Below, in pieces: positions 1-8,803 of a stretch of 53,544 bases of DNA; the stretch's first letter is position 1, and each line of letters starts with the position of its first letter. A program made the position numbers and the translations under genes. Source of the stretch: an uncultured Sphingomonadaceae bacterium (GTDB lineage Bacteria; Pseudomonadota; Alphaproteobacteria; Sphingomonadales; Sphingomonadaceae); assembly GCA_964247265.1 (NCBI GenBank), contig CAXTTS010000001.1:1-53544 (forward strand). The letters run 5' to 3'. The notes under the pieces are model-generated. The model worked only from the letters and a program-made list of their open reading frames with translations, had not been told where the DNA came from and did not search any database.

Positions 1-585
1 AACCGCCTCATAGGCATCCCACGCCGCCGGATCGAAGCGGCCGAGGATCGCGATGTCCAACCCGGCGTCGCGGCCTTTCCGCTTGGCCGTGTTGCGCAGC
101 CGGCTCGGCCGGCGCCGCCAATAGGCCGCGAAATCCTCGCTGCCGACATGCGCCACCCAGTTCGCGCTGCTGATCTCGGCCCGCACCCACCAGCCGGTGG
201 CGGCAAAAGCGTCGGCCAGCGCGCGGCACGTCTCTTCCGCCAGCGGCGCCAGCACGATCCGGCCGAGTTTTTCCCGCAGGGCGCCGGCGATCGCCACCAA
301 TAACACCTTTTTCGTGCGTGGATCGGGGCCACCGGCAAACACCGGCGCGAAAGACAGCGTGTACCACCCGCCGTGGATCGTCCCCTCGCGCGAGAGGAAC
401 AGCCACGCAAAATCAGCCCCCTCCCGCGCCCGCGCCACCAGCGGAGCGCCCGCCACCCCGTGATCGGCGTTCAGCCGGTGCCACGAAAGCCGATCATAGA
501 GTATGGCTTGGCCGGCCCGGTCCAACGCCCGCGCGGCATCCGCCTCGACCGCGTCGAGATCGTCGAACACACGCGTCTCGATCAT
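1..585 (-). CDS. GNAT family N-acetyltransferase (CelD/BcsL-like), 3' end runs off the window
   Basis: Not in the ORF track because no stop lies inside the window. Manual translation from ATG 585 (ATGA overlap with the JmjC stop) gives MIETRVFDDLDAVEADAARALD...LYDRLSWHRL...WYTLSFAPVF...SANWVAHVGSEDFAAYWRRRPSRLRNTAKRKG..., open to base 1. Confidence 0.75.
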   Translation of the reverse strand, partial: MIETRVFDDLDAVEADAARALDRAGQAILYDRLSWHRLNADHGVAGAPLVARAREGADFAWLFLSREGTIHGGWYTLSFAPVFAGGPDPRTKKVLLVAIAGALREKLGRIVLAPLAEETCRALADAFAATGWWVRAEISSANWVAHVGSEDFAAYWRRRPSRLRNTAKRKGRDAGLDIAILGRFDPAAWDAYEAV

Positions 586-1436
586 CCCCGCCGCGCCATC
601 CGCCGGGCTTTGGCAATCGCGCGGTAAGCGACTGATTTCGTGGCGTTCTGTTCGGGAAACCGCCCCGGTGCCGCCGGTGTCAGTCCCACCCGCCGCAGCA
701 ACGCATTCAACCCCCGCGCATCCGCCTCCCGGTAGCTCCATTCCGATCGCCAGGTGATGGAGAAGGAGACGGACGGCGCATCGCCGTTCTGCACCCAATG
801 TGGCGCCTTTACCGGCACATAGACGGCAGCGCCGGGTGCCAGCGCGAACGGATGTCCCTTCCCGGCCTGCGCCGGATCATAAGGCAGGTTGCGATGCCCG
901 CCCATGTGGAACGCCTCATGCACCGCCCCGCTCACCAGCGCCTCGTCAGCGGCGGGGAATATGGTCATCACCTTGCTACCGCGCAGCTGCAGGAGGATAT
1001 TATGCTCGGGATCAAAGTGAAACGGCGTCACCGCGCCCGGCGAAGAGATGAAGATGAACGCCTCCATCTTCAACATCTCACCCGTGGCTGGCTTAACTAT
1101 AGGTATCAGTTCTTCCAGCGCCGCCTGCATCAGCGCGCGATACTCCGCATCCTGCTCGACGAATTTGAGCACCATCCACGCACCGGCCTGCTCGATCGAT
1201 CGGATGGTCTCTGCTACCGCCAGGCCGTTGTGTCGCACGGCGGCGGGATCGATGCCGATCGGCAGATCGCCGATATTCTGCTCCACATCCTCCGCCCGCA
1301 TCCGCTGCGCCAGCCGCACCAGCGCGTCCAGTTCGAACGCGGGATGGCCGGCCAGCCGGTGGCGCAACAACCCCGGCGTTTCGGGATAGAGCCTGCCGAA
1401 CGCCTCCCGTGCAGCGCCATCGAAGCAGCCGCTCAC
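582..1436 (-). CDS. JmjC/cupin-like 2OG-Fe(II) oxygenase
   Basis: HxD...H facial triad: PGAVTPFHFDPEHNILLQLRGSK ... VPVKAPHWVQN. Start set at GTG 1436, which overlaps the upstream GNAT stop (GTGA). Confidence 0.85.
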   Translation of the reverse strand: MSGCFDGAAREAFGRLYPETPGLLRHRLAGHPAFELDALVRLAQRMRAEDVEQNIGDLPIGIDPAAVRHNGLAVAETIRSIEQAGAWMVLKFVEQDAEYRALMQAALEELIPIVKPATGEMLKMEAFIFISSPGAVTPFHFDPEHNILLQLRGSKVMTIFPAADEALVSGAVHEAFHMGGHRNLPYDPAQAGKGHPFALAPGAAVYVPVKAPHWVQNGDAPSVSFSITWRSEWSYREADARGLNALLRRVGLTPAAPGRFPEQNATKSVAYRAIAKARRMARRG

Positions 1437-2647
1437 CGCTCCCTCCAACGCCGCAGCCGCGCACGGCCCTCTTCGGCGGCACGGCACGCCCGGAAGATCA
1501 GGCCACGGCGCAATCCGCTCAGCGGCACCGTCAACCGCACGACCGTGCGTCGTCCGCCCCACAGGCTGTCGATCATCGGATGATTCTCCGCCGCGCAGCT
1601 ATCCATCCAGTCGACGTCGCCGCGCGCGAGCAATTGCAGATTCTCGATTTGCACCAATACGCCGGGCGAAAAGCGCGCATGATCCTCGTCGAACGCGATC
1701 TTGAACGAGAAGGAACCCGGTGGTGTGATGAAGTTCACCAGCATCGCCACCGCCCGCCCGTCCAGATCGATCCGCAGCATGTCGAGCCGCCCCGCGGCAT
1801 GTGCCCCGGCCAGCATGTCGCAAAAGAAAGCGGACGTGTCGGGCCGGCTCCCCAAGGCCGAGCCGGCCTGCCCTTTCCAGCCCGATCTCTCCAGCGCGAG
1901 AAAATCGTCGCACCAGCCCGTCACCTCGTCCGGCCGGCTGAGTCGACGCACCGTAACTTCGCCCTGCTCGGCAAGGCGGGCGGCCAGACGCTTCAGCTCC
2001 TTCCGCTTCTTCTTGCGGACGTTGGCCTCGTAATAGGCGTCGGGGTTGAGCCCGCCATCCAGCTGCGCCCGCACCATCCGGTGAACCACATCGCAGCGGC
2101 GCCCGAGCGCGACGGCGGCCGCAGCGAGGCCGCGATGCACCGGCCCATCCTCGACGATGCCGCTGAGATGGAACAGCCCGCGCGCCCAGGACGCGCCATC
2201 GAGCGTCTCCAGCACGCCTCGCCAAAAAGCTTCCTCATGGCCCTTCCGAACCAGCGGCGTGCCGAGAAAAGCGTGATGGTGCAGCCAGTTCGCCACATGC
2301 CGCAACGGTATGCGGCCGTAACGCCGCGACGCCATCAGCGGCACGATTCCGATCAGCAGCGCGCCATCCCAGATATCGACCAATCGAAAGCCCGCCGGCT
2401 GCGCCAGATGCCGCACGCCCGCCATGACGAACCACCGCTCGGCAAAGGCGTTTGGCTCAGCCGCATCGCCGGCCAGATCGTCCCACGCCGCCGCCAGCCA
2501 TGCGTCGGCACCGTCCATCGCGCCCAGGACGGCCCGCGATCCGCCCAACCCGTCGTGGCGATGCGCGGCGGGCACAGCGGATCCCAGGCGAAAATCCCGC
2601 CTCGCCACGTCGCCGGTGGCGCTTGCCGCCTGCATGCGAATGCCCAT
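1433..2647 (-). CDS. GNAT family N-acetyltransferase (CelD/BcsL-like)
   Basis: Family-typical segments: WDDLAGDAAEPNAFAERWF, KKKRKELKRLAARL, FLALERSGWKG, FKIAFDEDHARFSPGVL. Confidence 0.85.
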   Translation of the reverse strand: MGIRMQAASATGDVARRDFRLGSAVPAAHRHDGLGGSRAVLGAMDGADAWLAAAWDDLAGDAAEPNAFAERWFVMAGVRHLAQPAGFRLVDIWDGALLIGIVPLMASRRYGRIPLRHVANWLHHHAFLGTPLVRKGHEEAFWRGVLETLDGASWARGLFHLSGIVEDGPVHRGLAAAAVALGRRCDVVHRMVRAQLDGGLNPDAYYEANVRKKKRKELKRLAARLAEQGEVTVRRLSRPDEVTGWCDDFLALERSGWKGQAGSALGSRPDTSAFFCDMLAGAHAAGRLDMLRIDLDGRAVAMLVNFITPPGSFSFKIAFDEDHARFSPGVLVQIENLQLLARGDVDWMDSCAAENHPMIDSLWGGRRTVVRLTVPLSGLRRGLIFRACRAAEEGRARLRRWRER

Positions 2648-2820
2648 CCTTCGTATGTTGGCCTAGCAGGTTAGGCGCGGATCGTTAACAACCGGCAACC
2701 GGATAGCGGCGCTTTTCGGTCCGGCGCCACTAGCAGTAGTGGACTTCATCCTTCATGCACCACTGACGCGCTAGGTCAGCCCGGTGAGCTCATCGCCACG
2801 GCGAGGAAACAGGACGAGGA

Positions 2821-4317
2821 ATGACGGCGGCCAACAGCGACATACCGGTCGATACGAGCAGTGCCGACGGCTCAGCCAGTTTCGGTGCGCGGGTGCGCAG
2901 CGCCGTGCTGTGGCGATCGGGCAGCCAGATCGTCGCGCAGCTGGTGATGTGGTCGGCGACCTTCTTCGTCATCCGCCTGCTCGCACCGGCCGACTACGGC
3001 ATATTCGCGATGTCGCAGAGCATCCTCGTCATGTTCAGCCTGCTGAACGGCTATGGCTTTGCAAGCGCGCTGATCCAGGCCGAGACCATCGACGATCGCC
3101 AGATCGCGCAGGTGTTCGGCCTGATGCTGCTGTTCAACGGTGGCATCGCCCTCCTCCAGGTGCTGCTGGCGCCACTCGCCGCCGACTATTTCAATCAGCC
3201 GATCGTGGCGGACATGCTGCGCGTGCAGTCTCTGCTCTATCTCTCGACACCGTTCGTGGCGTTGCCGACCGCGCTGCTCAGCCGCGCCATGGATTTCCGC
3301 AAGCAGGCGCAGGTGAACTTCCTGTCGGCCTTTGCCGGGGCAGGCACCGCACTCGGCATGGCGCTCGCCGGCTGCGGGGTCTGGACCCTCGTTGTCGCGC
3401 CGCTCGCCTTGTTCTGGACGCGGGCGATCGGGATGACGCTGGCCGCCCGCCTGCTCGTGCTGCCCAGCTTCCGCTTCAAGGGCGCCGGCGCGACGATCCG
3501 CTTCGGTGGTGCCATGACGGTGAGCCAGCTGCTCTGGTTCGTGCAGACGCAGGCCGACGTGTTCATCGGCGGCCGCGTACTGCAACCGCATCTGCTGGGG
3601 CTTTACACCACGTCGCTGTTCCTCGCGCAGATCCTCAGCAGCAAGTTCATCCCGCCGCTGAACGAGGTCGCCTTCACCGCCTACGCCCGCATCCAGAGCG
3701 ATCCGGCGGCTATCGTGCGGTCGTTCGAAGCCGCGACGCGGATCATCATGCTGGTCGCGCTGCCGTTCACCGCCGGCCTGGCCGTCACCGCCGGCCCGCT
3801 GGTCCACGCTGCGCTGGGCGACAAGTGGATCGAGGCGGTGCCGATCGTCCGGGTGCTGGCGCTGGCCATGCCGTTCGTCACCTTGCAGATATTATTCGCG
3901 CCCGCCGCCACCGCGCTCGGCCGGCCACGAGTGCAGGTCTATGCGGCGGGCGTGGGCGCGATCGTGATGCCGATCGCATTCCTGTTCGCGGTTCGGTGGG
4001 GGCCGATGGGCATGGCCTGGGCGTGGCTGTTCGCCTTTCCGCTGGTGACGATCGCGACCGCCGCGATGGCGATGCCGATCATCGGCCTCGGTGCGGGCGC
4101 GCTGGCACGGGCGATCGCGCCGGGCCTGATCGCCAGCCTGGTGATGGCGGCGGTGGTGTTCGGCCTCGATCTGGCCGTGCCGATCGATCCGCCCCTGCTG
4201 CGGCTGGCGGTGCTGGTCGCTGTCGGGATCGCAACCTATGCCGCGATGGTGATGCTGATCGCACGGTCCACCCTGCGCGACATCTGGTGGCTGATCCGCC
4301 GCCGGGAGGTCGCCTAG
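2821..4317 (+). CDS. Wzx-type polysaccharide flippase (lipopolysaccharide biosynthesis protein)
   Basis: About 12-14 hydrophobic segments; motifs IRLLAPADYG, GFASALIQ, LSRAMDFRKQA, LGLY, LGDKW typical of WzxC/PST exporters. Confidence 0.88.
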   Translation: MTAANSDIPVDTSSADGSASFGARVRSAVLWRSGSQIVAQLVMWSATFFVIRLLAPADYGIFAMSQSILVMFSLLNGYGFASALIQAETIDDRQIAQVFGLMLLFNGGIALLQVLLAPLAADYFNQPIVADMLRVQSLLYLSTPFVALPTALLSRAMDFRKQAQVNFLSAFAGAGTALGMALAGCGVWTLVVAPLALFWTRAIGMTLAARLLVLPSFRFKGAGATIRFGGAMTVSQLLWFVQTQADVFIGGRVLQPHLLGLYTTSLFLAQILSSKFIPPLNEVAFTAYARIQSDPAAIVRSFEAATRIIMLVALPFTAGLAVTAGPLVHAALGDKWIEAVPIVRVLALAMPFVTLQILFAPAATALGRPRVQVYAAGVGAIVMPIAFLFAVRWGPMGMAWAWLFAFPLVTIATAAMAMPIIGLGAGALARAIAPGLIASLVMAAVVFGLDLAVPIDPPLLRLAVLVAVGIATYAAMVMLIARSTLRDIWWLIRRREVA

Positions 4318-5327
4318 ACCGCCGGCTGCGCGGCGGCGACGATCTCGCCCAGCCGCGCCGGCAGCACGCCTTCGCGTGCGAACAGGTCGAACACGCCATC
4401 CCACCAGGCCCAGAACGCCTTCAGGTCGGTCGCATCGCGGACATAGGGCGTGTGGCCGATCTCGACCGACGGCGTGTGGAAGGAGAGGCTGAACAGCCGC
4501 GTGCCCTCATCCAGCAACAGGCGGATCACCGCCAGCGCCTCGGCCAGCGGCATTCCCTCCGGCGTCAGCGCGACGCGGTTGAGCAGGCGGGTGCGGGCGA
4601 GCGGGCCGCGCAGCCAGCCATAGCGGTGCAGGCCCGGCCAGCGATGCAGCGCACCGGTGAAAGCGGCGGTCAGCGGCACCTCCAGCAGATCGTCGCGCAC
4701 CCACCAGGGCCAGATCGGATGGTGCGAGAAATCCGGCCCCTGCTCGCCGCTATAGTCGAACAGCGCCCGCACGGAGACATCCAGCCGGTAGCCCGCCTCG
4801 GCCAGCAGCCGGGCGGTCTCCGGCCCGATACCGTAGCGGCCGGCGCGGTACACGATCGGCCGGACGCCGGTCGCCGCCTCGATCGCCTCGGTCAGCGCGA
4901 TCAGCTTCGCGCGCTGGAGCGGCACCGGGAGGTTGCCGGTGAAGCTGTTGCGGGGGATCACCGCCTCGTCGAACGGCGGATTGACCCAGGGGTGCAGCTG
5001 GGTGCCGACGTCGCATTCCTGCGCCGCCACCATCGCCCTGATCGTCGCCGCGCTCGCCGCGTTGCTGACGACCGGATAATCGACGAGATAGGTCGGCACG
5101 AGGCCCGCCGCGTTGAACCGGCGGGTGGCGGCCGGCAGGGCGGCGATCGCCTCGGTCCCGGTGGAGTGGCGGTCCAGCGGCAAATGCCAGTCGAACTCCT
5201 CCTCGGCATCGCCGAAGATCACGAAGCGGCGGCCGAACTCCGGCGCCAGCTTCGCACGCGCGGCGACCGGGGGCGGCAGATCGATCCGCCCCGGTTTGGC
5301 TGGCTGAACCCTCGTCGCGATATTCAT
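4314..5327 (-). CDS. Polysaccharide deacetylase family protein (WalW-like)
   Basis: DAEEEFDW, GTQLHPWVNPP, YRAGRYG and SLSFHTPS motifs. Start set at ATG 5327 after GGAGG. Confidence 0.85.
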   Translation of the reverse strand: MNIATRVQPAKPGRIDLPPPVAARAKLAPEFGRRFVIFGDAEEEFDWHLPLDRHSTGTEAIAALPAATRRFNAAGLVPTYLVDYPVVSNAASAATIRAMVAAQECDVGTQLHPWVNPPFDEAVIPRNSFTGNLPVPLQRAKLIALTEAIEAATGVRPIVYRAGRYGIGPETARLLAEAGYRLDVSVRALFDYSGEQGPDFSHHPIWPWWVRDDLLEVPLTAAFTGALHRWPGLHRYGWLRGPLARTRLLNRVALTPEGMPLAEALAVIRLLLDEGTRLFSLSFHTPSVEIGHTPYVRDATDLKAFWAWWDGVFDLFAREGVLPARLGEIVAAAQPAV

Positions 5328-5380
5328 GCCCTCCACTAGGCCGGTCGCTATCACCACTTGGTTAAGCCGGCAACTCGGCT

Positions 5381-5400
5381 GCCTAGCGCAAGATAGAGGT
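5381..5400. promoter_or_regulatory. Putative lux-box-like operator upstream of the ThuA-like gene
   Basis: GCCTAGCGCAAGATAGAGGT = RCCT-N12-AGGT, 20 bp. Confidence 0.4.
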
Positions 5401-5524
5401 GCGATCGCCACGGGCCCGGCGCACGACGGCGCTATCGAGGCGGAGACGGCATGACGCAGACATTGATCGAACGCGCGGCAATCCTGACCGGAGCCGGACT
5501 GTGCCCCGGCGTGGGCGCATAGCC

Positions 5525-6343
5525 ATGCCGATCATCGAATATGGCGCGCCGCTGAAGATCATGGTCGCGGTGCGCGGACACGCCTTCGATCGCAACGCCT
5601 TCGATGCGTCGTTTCAGGCGATGGAAGGGATTACCGCGACGATGGTCGATCAACCGGCGGCGGCGCTGCTGATGAACCCCGCGGGCATGGCGGAGTTCGA
5701 CGCACTGGTACTGTACGATATGCCCGGCCTCGACTTCACGGTGACGCACGATGCGCCCGCCTATATCGATCCGGGCGATGGTTTTCGCGCGGGCTTCGAT
5801 GCCTTGCTCAAACAGGGCAAGGGGATCGTCGCGCTGCACCATGCACTGGCCGGCTGGCCCGCATGGCCGGGCTATGGCGAACGGCTGGGCGGCACTTTTC
5901 TCTACCGGCCGGGGCGGTTGCGCGAACACGATCGACCTGATTCGGGCTATCGCCACGGTGTCGATTATGTGGCCGAAGTCGTCGCGCCGCATCATCCGGT
6001 GATGCGAGATATCCCAACCACGTTCGCGATGCGCGACGAGCTATATCTTTGCGAGATCTTCGAAGACGAAGTGACGCCGCTTCTGCGCGCACGTCACCCG
6101 TTCACTCGCGATAACTTCTATTCGGCCACGGCCGCGATAGAAGGTCGCATGTTCAGCAACAAAGGCTGGTCCCATGATGAAGGAAGCAATCTCATCGGCT
6201 GGACCAGGCGGGTCGGCAACAGCCAGCTCGTCTACCTTCAGCCCGGCGACGATGCCGTGACGTATGACAATCCGGTCTACCGCCGCTTGCTGCAGAATGC
6301 GATCCGGTGGGTCGCCTCGCCCGACGCACGTCTTTCCGGATAA
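5525..6343 (+). CDS. ThuA domain-containing protein (class I glutamine amidotransferase-like fold)
   Basis: GHAFD, FDALVLYD, GKGIVALHH, HHPVMRDIP...RDELY, LVYLQPG...YRRLLQNAIRW. Start MPIIEYG at 5525. Confidence 0.8.
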   Translation: MPIIEYGAPLKIMVAVRGHAFDRNAFDASFQAMEGITATMVDQPAAALLMNPAGMAEFDALVLYDMPGLDFTVTHDAPAYIDPGDGFRAGFDALLKQGKGIVALHHALAGWPAWPGYGERLGGTFLYRPGRLREHDRPDSGYRHGVDYVAEVVAPHHPVMRDIPTTFAMRDELYLCEIFEDEVTPLLRARHPFTRDNFYSATAAIEGRMFSNKGWSHDEGSNLIGWTRRVGNSQLVYLQPGDDAVTYDNPVYRRLLQNAIRWVASPDARLSG

Positions 6344-6376
6344 ACGGGGTGCGACCCGAAAGCCGAAACCCCGCTT
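6342..6376. terminator. Possible terminator hairpin between convergent thuA-like and mucR genes
   Basis: Imperfect inverted repeat AAACGGGGT ... ACCCCGCTT right after the thuA-like stop. Confidence 0.35.
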
Positions 6377-6413
6377 GTCATCCGGTCGCCGCGAGCGAAC
6401 GACGCCCAGGCGG

Positions 6414-6998
6414 TTACTCGCCGGCAGGCTCGGCCGAGGCCTTGGGCTTGCGCCCGCGCTTCGGCTTGGGTGCCTCCTCCGGCGCAGCGTCGGTCTGCGG
6501 CGCGGGCTCCGGCGTCGCTTCGGCCTTCGGTTTACGCCCCGCGCGCTTAGGCTTTGCCGGTGCTTCCTCCGCGACGGGCTCGGCCTCCGGCGCGGGCACG
6601 TCAACCGCTTTCCGCCCAAGCCCGATGCTATGGGCAAGAGAGCGGCGCTTTTCGGCGTAATTGGGTGCGACCATCGGGTAATCCGATGGCAGGTTCCATT
6701 TGCGCCGATACTCGTCCGGCGACATGTCGTAATTGGTGCGAAGATATCGCTTCAGCATCTTCAGCTTCTTGCCGTCCTCAAGACAGACGATGTGGTCCGG
6801 CTTGACGCTGGAGCGGATCGAAACGGCAGGCTCCTGCTTCTCGACAACGGGTTCCGGTGTCTGGCCGAGACCCTTCAACGCCGTATGGACGCTCTGGATC
6901 AAGCCGGCGATATCGCCGGTCGCGACATTATTGTGCGCGACATGGGCACCGACAATATCGGCAGTGAGCGTGATGAGATCGGCGTCTTGTTCGGTCAT
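6414..6998 (-). CDS. mucR: MucR/Ros family transcriptional regulator with a long Pro/Ala/Glu/Lys-rich C-terminal tail
   Basis: LTADIVGAHVAHN, PAVSIRSSVKPDHIVCLEDGKKLKMLKR, PDEYRRKWNLPSDYPMVAPNYAEKRRSLA. Confidence 0.92.
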   Translation of the reverse strand: MTEQDADLITLTADIVGAHVAHNNVATGDIAGLIQSVHTALKGLGQTPEPVVEKQEPAVSIRSSVKPDHIVCLEDGKKLKMLKRYLRTNYDMSPDEYRRKWNLPSDYPMVAPNYAEKRRSLAHSIGLGRKAVDVPAPEAEPVAEEAPAKPKRAGRKPKAEATPEPAPQTDAAPEEAPKPKRGRKPKASAEPAGE

Positions 6999-7465
6999 GC
7001 GTTTCCTCCGGAATGACGGTGCTTTACGCCATAACATCATGCAGTTCAAATCCGGAACGCACCATTTCTTGGTAAAGTTGCGAAATCGTTATCGTAGCGC
7101 AATCAATCTCTTTTGACACCGCACAAGATGGCGCAATTGTCACTACAGCGGCGCCTGTCCCGCAATGATATCCTGCTCCGGCGAGATGGCTGTCAGATCC
7201 ACGTCTTGCCACGCCGTGGGCGACCCCGCCTGCCCGGGACGTCACGAGACGAGAAAGCGCATCTGGTCGCGCCATCTGAGCGGCGGTCCGCATGAACCCT
7301 CCCGCAATATTGTCCTCTCTGTCCCGTTTTCGACCATGTTAGGGATCGATCAAGACAATCGGCCGACTGGATAACGAGAGGGGAGCCGCGACGCATTCTG
7401 TTCGCCTTTTCGGCCGCACTTTCATTCTTTCGCTTGCGTTCATATCTGTCCGCCTCATCAGGAGA

Positions 7466-7942
7466 ATGGCAATGAGCGTGGCGTTTCGCCGTGAAAGCGA
7501 TGAGGAACATCTGGAGCCCCGCTTCGAGTTGCCGATACCACCCGGCCCAAACCTGGTGACCGCGCGCGGGCTGGCCCTGATCGGCGACCGGGTCGGCGGG
7601 TTGGAGGCCGCCCTTGTCGCCGCCTCGGACGAGAGCCGGATCGCGGAGCTGCGGCGCGATCTGCGATACTGGCGCGCGCGCCAGGCCAGTGCCCGCCCGA
7701 CACCGGCCGCCGAGGGCGAAGAAGCCGGCTTCGGGTCGCGGATTGCGTATCGCCACGGCGGCGGCCCGCTCGCGACGATCGATATCGTCGGGCAGGACGA
7801 AGCCGATCCCGCCGCCGGACGGCTGGCCTATTCCGCGCCGCTGGCCCGGGCGATCAGCGGCGCCACCGCCGGCGAGCGGATCGATTTCGCAGGCATGGTC
7901 GGCGCGATCGAGATAGTTTCGGTGGCCCCGATCGCCGACTGA
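7466..7942 (+). CDS. GreA/GreB family elongation factor, short form
   Basis: PNLVTARG, RDLRYW, FGS, IVGQDEADPAAGRLAYSAPLARAISGATAGE (Gre C-terminal domain). Confidence 0.85.
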   Translation: MAMSVAFRRESDEEHLEPRFELPIPPGPNLVTARGLALIGDRVGGLEAALVAASDESRIAELRRDLRYWRARQASARPTPAAEGEEAGFGSRIAYRHGGGPLATIDIVGQDEADPAAGRLAYSAPLARAISGATAGERIDFAGMVGAIEIVSVAPIAD

Positions 7943-7994
7943 CAGGCGGCGCAACGATTGCCCGCTCCCGCCGTTTCCGTCGGCAGGAGTTCCC

Positions 7995-8531
7995 ATGCCA
8001 CACAATTACGCCGTAACCGTTCCAGAGCCTCATCCGCTCCCCGCCCCCGCCCGGCTGCAGGCACTGCTGTTCGACGCCGCGCGGGAGGGCCGGTGCGATG
8101 TGATCGACGCGCTGCTGACCTATGGCGCGTCGGTGGAGGCGCATGACGACAAGGGCCACACGCCGCTGATCCTGGCCGCCTATAACGGGCATGGCGATGC
8201 GGTGGACCTGCTGATCGCGCGGGGGGCGGATAGCGATGCGGGTGATCTTTCGCGCGGCAACACCGCGTTGATGGGGGTCGCGTTCAAGGGGCATGACGAT
8301 GTGTCGGCCCGGCTGCTCGCCGCCGGCTGCGAGGCTGATCGGCGCAACCTTGCGGGACAGACCGCGCTGATGATGGCGGCAATGTTCGATCGCGTCGATC
8401 AGGTGCATATGCTGCTCCGCGCAGGGGCCGACATCGCTGCGGTCGACATCGCGGGCAACAGCGCCGTGACGCTGGCCGCCGGTCAGGGAAACGGGTCGAT
8501 GGTCGCGATGCTTGAAGGATCGGTGGCATGA
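7995..8531 (+). CDS. Ankyrin repeat protein
   Basis: Repeats GHTPLILAAYNGH, GNTALMGVAFKGH, GQTALMMAAMFDR, GNSAVTLAAGQGN. Confidence 0.92.
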   Translation: MPHNYAVTVPEPHPLPAPARLQALLFDAAREGRCDVIDALLTYGASVEAHDDKGHTPLILAAYNGHGDAVDLLIARGADSDAGDLSRGNTALMGVAFKGHDDVSARLLAAGCEADRRNLAGQTALMMAAMFDRVDQVHMLLRAGADIAAVDIAGNSAVTLAAGQGNGSMVAMLEGSVA

Positions 8532-8803
8532 ACGCGGTTATCGACGATCGCGCGGCCGGCCGCTTCGAGATCGCGGTCGATGGCCAGACCGCCTTCGCCG
8601 CTTACCGCCGCGAACAGGATCGCGTGATCTTCACCCACACGATCGTGCCGACCGCGCTCGGCGGCCGCGGCGTCGGCAGCCATCTGGTGCAAGGCGCGCT
8701 CGATCGGGTGCGGGCGGAAGGCCTGACGGTGGTGCCGGAATGCAGCTTCGTGGCCGACTATATCGAGCGTCACCCCGATTATCGCGACCTGCTGGCAGTT
8801 TAG
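8528..8803 (+). CDS. Small GNAT family acetyltransferase (YjdJ-like)
   Basis: RFE...FTHTIVPTALGGRGVGS...VVPECSFVADYI; ATGA overlap with the ankyrin gene. Confidence 0.88.
   Translation: MNAVIDDRAAGRFEIAVDGQTAFAAYRREQDRVIFTHTIVPTALGGRGVGSHLVQGALDRVRAEGLTVVPECSFVADYIERHPDYRDLLAV

Noticed and set aside
2784-5339. 851-aa + strand ORF spanning wzx and the deacetylase
   Set aside because: Arg/Pro/Gly-rich off-frame and antisense shadow of two well-supported genes; typical of high-GC DNA.
7113-7374. Small ORFs in the mucR-gre gap
   Set aside because: No clear SD, atypical composition and no motif; not called as CDS.
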